Notes under the pieces: model-generated
Told to the model about the DNA's origin: nothing
Seen by the model: only the letters and a program-made list of their open reading frames with translations
Databases searched by the model: none
From: Ignavibacteriaceae bacterium
Lineage (GTDB): Bacteria; Bacteroidota; Ignavibacteria; Ignavibacteriales; Ignavibacteriaceae
Length of the DNA: 64,000 nt
Direction of reading: 5' to 3'
Assembly (NCBI GenBank): GCA_049294175.1
Contig: JBAQCL010000074.1
Span: 96,384-160,383 of the forward strand
Shown: positions 50,084 through 60,142 of the stretch, in pieces
Layout of the letters: the number at the start of each line of letters is the position of its first letter
How positions within the stretch are numbered: the stretch's first letter is position 1
Translations under genes and position numbers: made by a program

Positions 50084-53000
50084 ATGAAGCTTTTTAAAAT
50101 AGTTTCTATACTTGTTATTATTTTGGCGAATGTTGTATTTGCCCAGTTTGGTAAAAATAAAGTACATACAAAGGAATTTGATTGGAGCTTTATTCAAACC
50201 GATCACTTTGATATTTACTTTGCAAACGGTGGCGAAGCTTTGACGGAATTTGCAGCCAATGCTGCAGAAAAAGCGCTTGTTTCAATTCAAAACTCATTCA
50301 ACTACAGAATCAATAGTCGTATTACAATTATTGTTTATAACTCACAAAATGATTTTCAGGAAACAAATATTGTTGATGATTATTTAAGTGAGGGAATACA
50401 AGGTTTTACAGAACTTTTTAAAAACAGGGTTGTAATACAATTTACAGGCTCATATAAACAATTCCGTCACCTTGTTCATCACGAACTTGTGCATGCAGTA
50501 ATGAATGATATGTTTTACGGCGGATCGATTCAAAATGTTATAGCAAACAACATAGCAATTCAATTTCCTTTATGGTTTTCTGAAGGTCTAGCCGAATATG
50601 AATCTTTAGGCTGGGATGTTGACACAGATATGTTCATTCGCGATGCCGCAATTAGCGAATACCTTCCGGGTATTAATAGATTAGATGGTTACTTTGCTTA
50701 CCGTGGCGGGCAGTCTGTTTTTTATTATATAGCCAATAAATATGGTCAGGAAAAAATTGGTGAACTTTTAAATAAAATAAAAGGTATGGGCAACGTACAG
50801 GAAGCCATTAAAGCCACTCTAGGCATTGATATTGAAGAATTAGGTGAAAGATGGAAAAAAGAAGTTAAGCGTAATTATTGGCCGGATATTGCTATAAGAG
50901 ATGATGCAAGTAACTTTGCAAAAAGAATGACAAACCCTAAAAAAGATGATGGCTTTTATAATACTTCACCAACACTTTCTCCTCAAGGTGATAAGATAGT
51001 TTTTATATCCAATAGAGATTTTTATTTTGATGTTTACCTGATGGATGCTCTTGATGGTAAAATTATTGATAAACTTGTTGAAGGAAACAGATCCCCTGAT
51101 TTTGAGGAACTAAATATTCTTACACCTGGATTAACCTGGTCGCCTGACGGAAAAAAGATTGCTCTTGCAGCAAAGAGCAGCGGATATGATGCAATCCATA
51201 TTATCGACATTGAAACAAAAGATCAGGAAGTACTTCCAGTAAGATTAGAAGCGATTCAAAGTATTACCTGGTCTGACGATGGAAAGTATCTTGCTTTTAT
51301 AGGACAGAATACAAGCCAATCGGATATTTACCTTTATGATTTTGCAGCATCTTCTACAGTTAATTTAACTGATGATATATTCAGTGATTCCGATCCTTCA
51401 TGGTCAAGTGATGGAAAGTCAATTTATTTTTCATCGGATAGAGGTGAATATTTAACCAAAGAAAATCTACCTGCCGATTTTAAAATAAAAGATCATAATT
51501 ATTCACAAAAAGATATTTACAAATATGTGCTAAGCACAAAAAATATTGTAAGAATTACAGATTTGCCCAATAGTGATGAGACTGCCGCAAGAGAAGAAGC
51601 AGGAGGCAAAAACCTTATGTTTATCTCTGATCTGAATGGGATAAATAATATTTATATAAAATCTTTAGAGCCTGAGGATAGCATTCATTCTGTAATTGAT
51701 AATTCAATTAGACCTATTACAAATTCATTAAGCGGACTTTACCAATTATCACTTTCTAAAGACACAAAAAAATTAGTTTTCTCTTCTTTGTATGAATCCA
51801 GTTTTACACTTTTTTTAATGAATAATCCTTTTGAACAAAAATTAGAATTAGATACACTTAAACCAACTATTTTCATTTCAAAATTAAGTGAACAAAGAAA
51901 AAATAAAGTTGAATTACCTGAAGTTTCAAAAAGTGAAAATGATACAGCTAAAGGATCTAATGAAAGCAACCAGATAAAAATATTTACTGGTGATGTAATA
52001 GAAACAGATACAACTAAAAAAAGCATATCGGGGGATTTTTCAAAGTATGTTTTCGGATCAAAAGATAGTACTCAAACTAAGGTCTATGCAAATGATTCGC
52101 TTTTTATCCCAAAAGATAATTTAGATTCAAAAGGAAACTATAAAGTTAATCGGTATAAAATAAATTTTGGTCCGGATATTATTTACGCTAATGCCGGTTA
52201 TAGTACTTTTTATGGATTGGTGGGGACTACAATAATTTCGTTCAGTGATGTGCTTGGCAATCATAGGTTGATTGGAGTAACCGGTTTGCAAGTAGATCTA
52301 AAGAATAGCGATTATGGTCTGGCTTATTATAACCTTGGCGGCAGAATTGATTTTGGAATACAAGGATTTCATACGGCAAGATTTGTTAATCTTATTAGAA
52401 ATGATTTTGTTAACTTATACAGATTTAGAAATTACGGCGCATATCTTTTTGCAAGTTTACCTTTAAATCGGTTTTACCGATTTGAAGCCGGACTAAGTTG
52501 GCTAAATGTGCAAAGTGAAAACCTTGATGATTATTCAATGCCTGAGGAAAAAACTTCGTTCGTCGTTCCATCATTGGCATTTGTACACGATAATGTTTTA
52601 TGGGGTTACACATCCCCAATTGAAGGCACACGGTACCGCTTTGATGCTTATGGCAACCCGGGAATTGGAAACAGTAAGTTGGGATTTTACACTCTTGCGG
52701 GAGATTACAGAACCTACCTTAGGTTCTGGACAGATTACTCTTTTGTTATGAGATTTTCCGGTGGATTTTCCGGCGGTCCAAATGCACAAAGATTCTTTTT
52801 GGGAGGAGTTGAGAATTGGATAAACAGATCTTTTGCTACGTCAGAAATTCCAATTGAGTCTAATACTGATTATGCTTTTCTAACCGCTGTATTACCATTA
52901 AGAGGGTATAACTATTCGGAAAAAATTGGCTCAAAATATTTTCTAATGAACTATGAACTGAGATTTCCTTTAATACGATATCTTGTTCCGGGCGGTTTGC

Positions 53001-53254
53001 CGATATTATTTAGTAATATATTAGGCGTTGCTTTTATTGATGCGGGAACAGCATGGAATCGTAATAAATCATTGCAATTATTCAGTAGAGATACAACAGG
53101 GAATTTTATAGCTAAAGACTTTTTAATGGGAACAGGAGTTGGAGCGAGAGTATATTTCCTTTATTTCCTGTTAAAGTTTGATGTAGCCTGGGCATATAAT
53201 ATAGATAGGTTTACTAAACCAAAATTTTACTTCTCAATAGGTGCTGATTTTTAA
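50084..53254 (+). CDS. Omp85-family outer-membrane barrel with N-terminal HExxH domain and PD40/TolB-like propeller repeats
   Basis: Signal peptide and HELVH at residues 133-137 (nt 50480-50494). PD40-type repeats are present (LSPQGDKIVFISNRD, WSPDGKKIALAA, WSDDGKYLAFIG, WSSDGKSIYFSSDR). The C-terminal ~350 aa is Bac_surface_Ag-like (FFLGG...LRGY...FIDAGTAW...) and ends in F. Confidence 0.7.
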   Translation: MKLFKIVSILVIILANVVFAQFGKNKVHTKEFDWSFIQTDHFDIYFANGGEALTEFAANAAEKALVSIQNSFNYRINSRITIIVYNSQNDFQETNIVDDYLSEGIQGFTELFKNRVVIQFTGSYKQFRHLVHHELVHAVMNDMFYGGSIQNVIANNIAIQFPLWFSEGLAEYESLGWDVDTDMFIRDAAISEYLPGINRLDGYFAYRGGQSVFYYIANKYGQEKIGELLNKIKGMGNVQEAIKATLGIDIEELGERWKKEVKRNYWPDIAIRDDASNFAKRMTNPKKDDGFYNTSPTLSPQGDKIVFISNRDFYFDVYLMDALDGKIIDKLVEGNRSPDFEELNILTPGLTWSPDGKKIALAAKSSGYDAIHIIDIETKDQEVLPVRLEAIQSITWSDDGKYLAFIGQNTSQSDIYLYDFAASSTVNLTDDIFSDSDPSWSSDGKSIYFSSDRGEYLTKENLPADFKIKDHNYSQKDIYKYVLSTKNIVRITDLPNSDETAAREEAGGKNLMFISDLNGINNIYIKSLEPEDSIHSVIDNSIRPITNSLSGLYQLSLSKDTKKLVFSSLYESSFTLFLMNNPFEQKLELDTLKPTIFISKLSEQRKNKVELPEVSKSENDTAKGSNESNQIKIFTGDVIETDTTKKSISGDFSKYVFGSKDSTQTKVYANDSLFIPKDNLDSKGNYKVNRYKINFGPDIIYANAGYSTFYGLVGTTIISFSDVLGNHRLIGVTGLQVDLKNSDYGLAYYNLGGRIDFGIQGFHTARFVNLIRNDFVNLYRFRNYGAYLFASLPLNRFYRFEAGLSWLNVQSENLDDYSMPEEKTSFVVPSLAFVHDNVLWGYTSPIEGTRYRFDAYGNPGIGNSKLGFYTLAGDYRTYLRFWTDYSFVMRFSGGFSGGPNAQRFFLGGVENWINRSFATSEIPIESNTDYAFLTAVLPLRGYNYSEKIGSKYFLMNYELRFPLIRYLVPGGLPILFSNILGVAFIDAGTAWNRNKSLQLFSRDTTGNFIAKDFLMGTGVGARVYFLYFLLKFDVAWAYNIDRFTKPKFYFSIGADF

Positions 53255-53297
53255 TCGAAATATTGTCAGTTAAAGATTAAGTAAAAATGTAAATACG

Positions 53298-53552
53298 TTA
53301 TTTTTTGGTACTTGAATCTTTAGAAGGTTTATTTTCAATTGGCTTTTTAGTTTCTGATGAAGATTTGGATGAATTTTTATAATCCGTTTGATAAAATCCA
53401 TTCCCTTTAAAAATCGGTCCGGCTCCGGCTCCAATTAATCTTTTAACCTTTCCTCCGCATTTGGGGCATTCCTCAATAAGTTTTGCATTCATAGATTGAA
53501 AAACTTCAAAAGTGTGTGAACAGTTTAAACATTTATATTCATAAGTAGGCAT
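53298..53552 (-). CDS. FmdB-family zinc-ribbon putative regulatory protein
   Basis: MPTYEYKCLNCSHTFEV...CPKCGG is the CxxC_CxxC_SSSS signature. Confidence 0.8.
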   Translation of the reverse strand: MPTYEYKCLNCSHTFEVFQSMNAKLIEECPKCGGKVKRLIGAGAGPIFKGNGFYQTDYKNSSKSSSETKKPIENKPSKDSSTKK

Positions 53553-53662
53553 ATTATTTCCTTAAAATTATGCGCACAAACATAATGAATAATATAAAAA
53601 TCTTCTATAAATTTGATGCACAATAAATTCTCATTTAGCATAAATAAAATCTCGCATTTGCA

Positions 53663-54325
53663 TTGAAAAAAATTATAATTTTTGTTGTTTTGTCATTTTT
53701 ATTTTTAACCAGTTGTATTAATTACATTCAGAATGTAACAATTTATCCTGATGGATCAGGAAAAATGCAAGTGAATTACTGGATGAAGTATTCTGATACC
53801 ACAAATGTATCCACTATTCTAAAACTTGAAATATTTAATCCTGATTCTGTTAAAAAAGAATTTATGTCAAAATTTGTAGATTTGTTAAACGTTCAAACTT
53901 ATTCAGATACAACAGATTCAACTATTCATGCCGTCATTGATTTAAAATTCAATTTTATTGATTCTTTAAATACAGTTAATGCTTTTGCTCAATCCAATTT
54001 TAAACTTGAGGATGGAGCTGCCGGTCAAAAAATATTTACTCAATTTATACCACCAATAACAACAGGATTTGGAATAAATGGCGACCAATTTAGAGTTACT
54101 TATAATTACGATATCAGGGGAGAAATAATAACTCATAACGCAACAGGAAAATCCGGCAACCTTTTAACCTGGTCTTATTCATTATCTGAAATAGGCAGAG
54201 GAAAAACAATTTCTGTTACATTTAAACCCTATAAGCTAAAAGAAACACCATATTGGATTTATATCCTTGCCGGATTAGTGCTTTTAATTGTTATTTTTTA
54301 TCTTCTAAAGAAGAAAAAAGACTAA
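53663..54325 (+). CDS. hypothetical lipoprotein with C-terminal TM anchor
   Basis: TTG start, lipobox (FLFLTSC) and a C-terminal hydrophobic helix followed by KKKKD. No family recognised. Confidence 0.45.
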   Translation: MKKIIIFVVLSFLFLTSCINYIQNVTIYPDGSGKMQVNYWMKYSDTTNVSTILKLEIFNPDSVKKEFMSKFVDLLNVQTYSDTTDSTIHAVIDLKFNFIDSLNTVNAFAQSNFKLEDGAAGQKIFTQFIPPITTGFGINGDQFRVTYNYDIRGEIITHNATGKSGNLLTWSYSLSEIGRGKTISVTFKPYKLKETPYWIYILAGLVLLIVIFYLLKKKKD

Positions 54326-54356
54326 AAATAACGTGTAATCTTACAAAATCTATTTA

Positions 54357-54385
54357 TTGACATAACATACCCCATTGGTTATATT
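54357..54385 (+). promoter_or_regulatory. consensus sigma-70 promoter of prs
   Basis: TTGACA (54357-54362), 17-nt spacer, TATATT (54380-54385). Confidence 0.55.
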
Positions 54386-54421
54386 TGATGCCTATTTTAA
54401 ATTACTTAAGCGATTTTTCTA

Positions 54422-55366
54422 ATGTCCACAAATGATTTTTTAGTCTTTGCCGGAGGTTCTAACGCTCCGTTGGCAAATAATATAGCCGAGGAAATAGGAA
54501 TTTCTTTAGGTTCGCTTGAGTTGAAGCGTTTTAGTGATGGAGAAATTTGGGCAAAGTATGGTGAAAATATCAGAGGAAGAGAAGTATTTCTAATTCAATC
54601 TACTAATCCTCCTGCTGAAAATTTATTAGAATTGCTGATAATGATTGATGCTGCAAGAAGAGCATCTGCGAAAAAAATAACAGCAGTTATTCCATATTTT
54701 GGATATGCAAGACAGGATAGAAAAGATCAGCCAAGGGTTTCTATAACCGCTAAATTAATGGCTAATCTTATTACAACTGCCGGTGCGGATAGAGTGATGA
54801 CGATGGATTTACATGCATCTCAAATCCAGGGTTTTTTTGATATACCTGTGGATCATTTGTATGGTTCTTCAATCTTTTTGGATCACTTAAATAATTTGTC
54901 TGATAATTTGGCAGTTGTTTCTCCGGATGTTGGAGGAATAAAAATAGCAAGGGCTTACGCTAAAATGTTACATTCGGGATTGATTGTTATTGACAAGAGA
55001 AGACCGAAACAGAACCTTGCTGAAATTATGAATATCATCGGCGAAGTGGAAGGAAAAGATATTTTACTTGTTGATGATTTGATAGATACAGCAGGTACAT
55101 TTGTAGGTGCTGCCAAAGCACTTAAAGCGAAAGGAGCAAGACAGATTTTTGGGGCTGTTACCCATCCCTTGCTATCAGGTCCGGCTTTTGAAAGAATTAA
55201 TAGTGGTGAGGTTGATAAATTATTTGTTACAGATACAATTAATTTTGATCCAAACCTTTCGGATAAAATTAAAATATTAACGGCTGCGCCGCTTTTTGCG
55301 GAAGCAATTTTAAGAATATTTAACAACGAATCAATAAGTTCATTATTTAATATAGATAAAGGTTAA
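54422..55366 (+). CDS. prs: ribose-phosphate pyrophosphokinase
   Basis: YFGYARQDRK, DLHASQIQGFF and VDDLIDTAGT motifs. Confidence 0.95.
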   Translation: MSTNDFLVFAGGSNAPLANNIAEEIGISLGSLELKRFSDGEIWAKYGENIRGREVFLIQSTNPPAENLLELLIMIDAARRASAKKITAVIPYFGYARQDRKDQPRVSITAKLMANLITTAGADRVMTMDLHASQIQGFFDIPVDHLYGSSIFLDHLNNLSDNLAVVSPDVGGIKIARAYAKMLHSGLIVIDKRRPKQNLAEIMNIIGEVEGKDILLVDDLIDTAGTFVGAAKALKAKGARQIFGAVTHPLLSGPAFERINSGEVDKLFVTDTINFDPNLSDKIKILTAAPLFAEAILRIFNNESISSLFNIDKG

Positions 55367-55383
55367 TCAGACCCGGAGTAACA

Positions 55384-56019
55384 ATGGAGAAAGTAGTTCT
55401 AGAAGCTAAGAAGCGTACAAAAATCGACAAAGCATCACGCAGTGCTTTAAGAAAAGAAGGAAGAGTTCCTGCAATTTATTATTCAAAACACCACGATCCG
55501 CTTGCTATTGATCTATCAGAAAGAGCTTTGCACCCTCTTGTGTTTACATCAAAAACACATTTGATATCTCTTAGCCTTGATGGACAGGAAGATTTGGATT
55601 GCATTATAAAAGATGTTCAATTTGATCCTGTTACCGAGAAGATCGTTCATATCGATTTACTTGGTCTTAAAAAAGGTGAGAAGATTCAGATCGAAGTACC
55701 CGTACAATTAATCGGAACAGCTGTAGGTATAAAGGAAGGTGGAATTCTTCAACACACACTTCATAAAATTGAAATTGAATGTTTACCTGTGGATATTCCT
55801 GAACATATAGAGATAGACGTAACAACTTTAAAATTAGGTGATTCAATACATATTGGTGATCTTAAGTTTAATGAATTTAATATTCTTAATTCAGCTGAAG
55901 CTATAGTTGCTTCAGTAACTCATCCAAAGGCTGAAAAAGAAGCTGCACCTGCGGAAGGTGAAGAAACTAAAGAACCTGAAGTTATCACCAAAGGTAAAGC
56001 TCAGGAAGAAGAAGAATAG
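55384..56019 (+). CDS. rplY: 50S ribosomal protein L25 / general stress protein Ctc
   Basis: Long-form L25 (211 aa) with RKEGRVPAIYY and an acidic C-terminal tail. Located upstream of pth. Confidence 0.9.
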   Translation: MEKVVLEAKKRTKIDKASRSALRKEGRVPAIYYSKHHDPLAIDLSERALHPLVFTSKTHLISLSLDGQEDLDCIIKDVQFDPVTEKIVHIDLLGLKKGEKIQIEVPVQLIGTAVGIKEGGILQHTLHKIEIECLPVDIPEHIEIDVTTLKLGDSIHIGDLKFNEFNILNSAEAIVASVTHPKAEKEAAPAEGEETKEPEVITKGKAQEEEE

Positions 56020-56025
56020 TTTTAA

Positions 56026-56604
56026 GTGCGGCTAATTGTTGGAATTGGAAATCCCGGCATTCGATATAGAAATAATCGGCATAATGTAGGATACCAATTC
56101 CTTGATTATTATGCAGAAAAAAAATTACTCAAGTTTAAAGCCTCGAGATTTAATTATTATTATGCTGAAGGGGAACTTTATAAAATTCCCTTCTTTTTAT
56201 TAAAACCAAATTCTTATGTTAACAATAGCGGTATAGCCGTTTTGGCTGCCGTGCAGGAACTTGGAATTTATTTTAGTGAACTTTTAATCATTGTTGACGA
56301 CATTCACATTCCCACAGGTGAAATTAGAATAAGAAAATCCGGTGGAGATGGCGGTCATAACGGGTTAAAGTCCATTATTTATCATTTAAATAGTGATGAT
56401 TTCCCTAGGTTGAGGATAGGTATAGGGAAAAATTTTGCATCTGGAAAACTACCTGATTATGTTCTTTCTGATTTTGATGATAAAGATTTGATTGAGTTAA
56501 AGAAAACATTCGATGTAAGTATAACTCTGGTTGATGGTTTTATTAAAGCTGGTTTTCAAGAAATGCTGAATTCTTATAGTCGATTAAAAAAAATAGAAAA
56601 TTAA
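56026..56604 (+). CDS. pth: peptidyl-tRNA hydrolase
   Basis: LIVGIGNPG...RHNVG and GHNGLKSI motifs. GTG start. Confidence 0.9.
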   Translation: MRLIVGIGNPGIRYRNNRHNVGYQFLDYYAEKKLLKFKASRFNYYYAEGELYKIPFFLLKPNSYVNNSGIAVLAAVQELGIYFSELLIIVDDIHIPTGEIRIRKSGGDGGHNGLKSIIYHLNSDDFPRLRIGIGKNFASGKLPDYVLSDFDDKDLIELKKTFDVSITLVDGFIKAGFQEMLNSYSRLKKIEN

Positions 56605-56643
56605 ATTGAGGATCAGAGTAATTTAAGTTTTGAGGAGAGAAAT

Positions 56644-58848
56644 ATGAACTTAATATTTTATATTATTCCGTTGTTTGGGATATTGGCTTTAGTTTATACA
56701 TTCTGGAAATCAAGATGGATATCTAAGCAAGATTCCGGTACTGAGAAAATGAAAATTATTTCAAAGCATATAGCTGAAGGTGCTATGGCTTTTCTCAAAG
56801 CAGAATATAAAGTCTTGATCTTTTTTGTTATTGCTGTTTCGATTTTACTTGCCTACAGTGGCACAAACTCTTCAGATTCTTCACCCCTTGTCGGATTTTC
56901 ATTTGTAGTCGGAGCTTTCTGCTCGGCGCTTGCCGGCTTTATAGGTATGAGGGTTGCAACTAAAGCAAATGTCAGGACAACCCAGGCAGCAAGAACAAGT
57001 ATTGGTAAAGCTTTGGAAATAGCATTTGCCGGTGGTTCCGTAATGGGATTAGGTGTAGTTGGTCTTGGTGTTTTAGGACTTAGCAGTTTGATTTTAATTT
57101 ATGGTGATATCTATGGAATGTCCACTCACGAAAATGTTACAAAAATCATTACTATTATAACAGGATTTTCATTTGGCGCTTCTTCAATTGCTTTTTTTGC
57201 TCGTGTTGGTGGCGGAATTTATACTAAAGCTGCTGATGTTGGGGCTGATTTAGTTGGAAAGGTTGAGGCTGGTATTCCTGAAGATCATCCGCTAAATCCG
57301 GCTACGATTGCTGATAACGTTGGAGATAATGTTGGAGATGTTGCCGGAATGGGTGCAGACCTTTTTGAATCCTATGTCGGTTCTATTGTTAGTACGATGG
57401 TGCTCGGTGCCGCATTTTTTCTTACACCGGAATTCGGTCTAAAGTATAATGGGCTTGGAGCTATTCTTTTGCCTTTAGTAATTGCAAGTGTAGGAATTGT
57501 TGCTTCTATTATCGGTACATTTTTCGTAAAAGTTAAAGAAGGCGGAGATCCACAAAAAGCGTTAAATCTAGGCAATACTGTTGCCGGCATTTTAATGATA
57601 ATAGCATCATGGTTTTTAATAAAATGGCTTTTACCTGAAAGTTGGTATTACCAGGATCCATTGTATCAATGGGCAGATCCTGTAAAAGGAAACTATTATA
57701 CTTCAACCGGAATTTTTATTGCTACTATTGTTGGTATTTTTTCTGGCACATTGATTGGCACTGTTACGGAATATTTTACTGGCAGTGGAAAAGCTCCTGT
57801 TAGAGGAATTGCGCGGCAATCACTTACCGGTGCTGCCACTAATATAATTGCCGGTTTAAGTGTTGGAATGATTTCCACTGCGCTTCCAATTTTAATTTTA
57901 GGATTTGCAATTATAGTAGCTTTTAATTTTGGTGGGCTTTATGGAATTGCTATAGCTGCTGTAGGAATGCTTTCAATTCTTGGAATACAATTAGCTGTAG
58001 ATGCATATGGACCTATTTCTGATAATGCCGGCGGTATAGCTGAGATGTCCGGGCTACCAAAAGAAGTTAGAGCAAGGACTGATAAATTAGACGCAGTAGG
58101 AAATACAACAGCAGCAATTGGAAAAGGGTTTGCAATTGGTTCTGCGGCGCTTACGGCACTTGCATTATTCGGAGCATATATGACTTCAGCTCGAATTACT
58201 TCTATTGATATTTCTAAAGCTGTAGTAATGTCGGGATTATTAATAGGAGCAATGATACCTTTTTTGTTCTCAGCCATTGCTATGCAAGCTGTAGGTAAAG
58301 CTGCTATGGCTATGATTGAAGAAGTGAGACGCCAATTTAATACAATTCCACAATTAAAAGCTGCACTTATTTTAATGAGAAAATATGAGGGCAAAGAATA
58401 TTCAGAATGGTCTAAAGAAGATTTTGAATCTTTAGAAGCTGCCGAAGGAACTGCAGAATATGATAAATGTGTAGAAATTTCTACTAAGTCTGCAATCAAA
58501 CAGATGGTGATTCCCGGATTATTAGCCGTAACTATTCCGATAATTACTGGATTCATTGGCGGTAAGGAAATGCTTGGCGGACTCATAGCTGGTGTCACAG
58601 TATCGGGTGTTTTAATGGCAATTTTCCAAGCAAATGCCGGTGGCGCATGGGATAATGCAAAGAAAATGTTTGAAGAAGGATATGAATTTAACGGTCAAAA
58701 ATATTTTAAAGGTTCGGATGCTCATAAAGCAGCAGTTGTAGGTGACACGGTAGGTGACCCATTCAAGGATACATCAGGTCCATCACTAAATATTTTATTA
58801 AAACTGATGGCGGTTGTATCGCTTGTTATTGCGCCCTTAATTAAGTAA
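56644..58848 (+). CDS. hppA: membrane-bound (K+-dependent-type) ion-translocating pyrophosphatase
   Basis: 734 aa with [27 protein letters not shown] and [16 protein letters not shown]. The Ala in GNTTAAxGK is the published signature of the K+-dependent subfamily, which includes Na+-PPases. Confidence 0.95.
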   Translation: MNLIFYIIPLFGILALVYTFWKSRWISKQDSGTEKMKIISKHIAEGAMAFLKAEYKVLIFFVIAVSILLAYSGTNSSDSSPLVGFSFVVGAFCSALAGFIGMRVATKANVRTTQAARTSIGKALEIAFAGGSVMGLGVVGLGVLGLSSLILIYGDIYGMSTHENVTKIITIITGFSFGASSIAFFARVGGGIYTKAADVGADLVGKVEAGIPEDHPLNPATIADNVGDNVGDVAGMGADLFESYVGSIVSTMVLGAAFFLTPEFGLKYNGLGAILLPLVIASVGIVASIIGTFFVKVKEGGDPQKALNLGNTVAGILMIIASWFLIKWLLPESWYYQDPLYQWADPVKGNYYTSTGIFIATIVGIFSGTLIGTVTEYFTGSGKAPVRGIARQSLTGAATNIIAGLSVGMISTALPILILGFAIIVAFNFGGLYGIAIAAVGMLSILGIQLAVDAYGPISDNAGGIAEMSGLPKEVRARTDKLDAVGNTTAAIGKGFAIGSAALTALALFGAYMTSARITSIDISKAVVMSGLLIGAMIPFLFSAIAMQAVGKAAMAMIEEVRRQFNTIPQLKAALILMRKYEGKEYSEWSKEDFESLEAAEGTAEYDKCVEISTKSAIKQMVIPGLLAVTIPIITGFIGGKEMLGGLIAGVTVSGVLMAIFQANAGGAWDNAKKMFEEGYEFNGQKYFKGSDAHKAAVVGDTVGDPFKDTSGPSLNILLKLMAVVSLVIAPLIK

Positions 58849-58888
58849 TTTTGGCTCGCTTTTTAGATAAATATATTTTATTAACCCT

Positions 58889-58913
58889 GCTCTTATTTTT
58901 GTATAATAAGAGC
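58889..58913 (+). promoter_or_regulatory. hairpin in the rpsF 5' leader (candidate S6:S18 autoregulatory leader or hppA terminator)
   Basis: GCTCTTAT (58889-58896) pairs with ATAAGAGC (58906-58913). It lies 30 nt upstream of the rpsF ATG, with a GGGAGG RBS following. Confidence 0.35.
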
Positions 58914-58942
58914 CAATAAGTCCATAGGGAGGTGATTCACAG

Positions 58943-59368
58943 ATGGGAAGAAGTGTCTACGAGAGCGCCATTCTCATAAATGCCGCATTAGATGATCAGC
59001 AAATCGAATCTATTATTACCCGTGTTAAAGATTTAATTACCAATAACGGTGGTGAAATCCGAGAACTTGAAAACTGGGGAAGAAAGCGCTTAGCTTATCC
59101 AGTTGAAAAAAGTAAAATCGGGTATTACGCAATCTTTAGATTTGATGCTTTAGGTGATATTGTTGCTAAACTTGAAAGAGCATATTCTCTCGATGAACAA
59201 ATTTTAAGATTTGTTACGCTTAAGTTAAGTAAAGATGCCCTTGAACAAATCGAAAAAAATAAAACTCTTTCGGTAGTGTTGAAGGAAGAAACAGTTTCTG
59301 AAACTATAGTTGATAAAGCTGAAGTTGAAGAAAAAAAGACAGATATTGAAGACAACGATAAACAATAA
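58943..59368 (+). CDS. rpsF: 30S ribosomal protein S6
   Basis: YE...I........NWG.R.LAYPI-type sequence (ENWGRKRLAYPVEK) with an acidic tail. First gene of the canonical operon. Confidence 0.95.
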   Translation: MGRSVYESAILINAALDDQQIESIITRVKDLITNNGGEIRELENWGRKRLAYPVEKSKIGYYAIFRFDALGDIVAKLERAYSLDEQILRFVTLKLSKDALEQIEKNKTLSVVLKEETVSETIVDKAEVEEKKTDIEDNDKQ

Positions 59369-59396
59369 TAAATTGATATAGTTTGGAGGTTCTAAA

Positions 59397-59879
59397 ATGG
59401 CCGATCTGAAAATGCCGGAAATAAATTATGTAATCGTAGCGGGAAATTTAACAAAAGACCCGATTTTTAGAGAAACTACTAACGGTACCCCCGTGGTAAA
59501 TTTTTCTATAGCTTCTAATAGAAAATTCAAAGACAGTAATAATCAATGGCAGGAAGATGTTTGCTATGTTGGTGTAGTTGCATGGAATAAGCTTGCTGAA
59601 AGCTGCCGGGACAGACTTAAAAAAGGTTCTGCAGTATTAGTTGACGGAGAATTGCAGAGCAGAAGCTGGAAATCCGAAGATGGACACAACAGAAGCATTG
59701 TTGAAATAAAAGCAAGAAGAATTCAATTTCTTAATAAAAGATTAGTTGGCTCTGATTCCAATGGCACATCCGCTGAAGAAGATGATCCGGGTTTTGTTGT
59801 CGATGAATCAGTTGATTATACAGAAGATTCGTTTGATAAATTTTTATCGGATGAAGAATCTAATTTAATGAAACAATAA
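59397..59879 (+). CDS. ssb: single-stranded DNA-binding protein
   Basis: OB fold (NYVIVAGNLTKDP...VVNFSIASNR...W...VVAW) with an acidic C-terminal region. Located between rpsF and rpsR. Confidence 0.9.
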   Translation: MADLKMPEINYVIVAGNLTKDPIFRETTNGTPVVNFSIASNRKFKDSNNQWQEDVCYVGVVAWNKLAESCRDRLKKGSAVLVDGELQSRSWKSEDGHNRSIVEIKARRIQFLNKRLVGSDSNGTSAEEDDPGFVVDESVDYTEDSFDKFLSDEESNLMKQ

Positions 59880-59889
59880 GGCGCTTTAA

Positions 59890-60120
59890 ATGAAGAAAGA
59901 AATTAAAACAAAAAAGGTATGCAGATTCACTCAAAACAATGTTTTGTACATTGATTATAAAGATGTGAAACTTCTGCAAAAATTTATAACCGAGCAAGGT
60001 AAAATTATTCCTAAAAGAATAACCGGTACCAGCTCAAAGTATCAACGTGAATTAGCCAAAGCTATTAAACGTGCAAGACATATGGCACTTCTTCCGTATG
60101 TTTCAGATACTGTAAGATAG
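59890..60120 (+). CDS. rpsR: 30S ribosomal protein S18
   Basis: [26 protein letters not shown]...[12 protein letters not shown]. Confidence 0.95.
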   Translation: MKKEIKTKKVCRFTQNNVLYIDYKDVKLLQKFITEQGKIIPKRITGTSSKYQRELAKAIKRARHMALLPYVSDTVR

Positions 60121-60142
60121 TTTAAATTAAGCTGGAGAAATT

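Noticed and set aside
57939-58598. 219-aa ORF antisense to hppA. Similar antisense or out-of-frame ORFs in the track include 3090-4331 within the antiporter, 6103-6312 over the eno start, 8494-8799 in glnA, 44512-44961 and others in tamB, 54955-55326 in prs, and 37008-37301 in lpxD.
   Set aside because: All lie wholly inside strongly supported genes on the opposite strand or in another frame. They have low-complexity or Ser/Pro/Ile-rich composition typical of shadow ORFs, and I recognise no homology for any of them.
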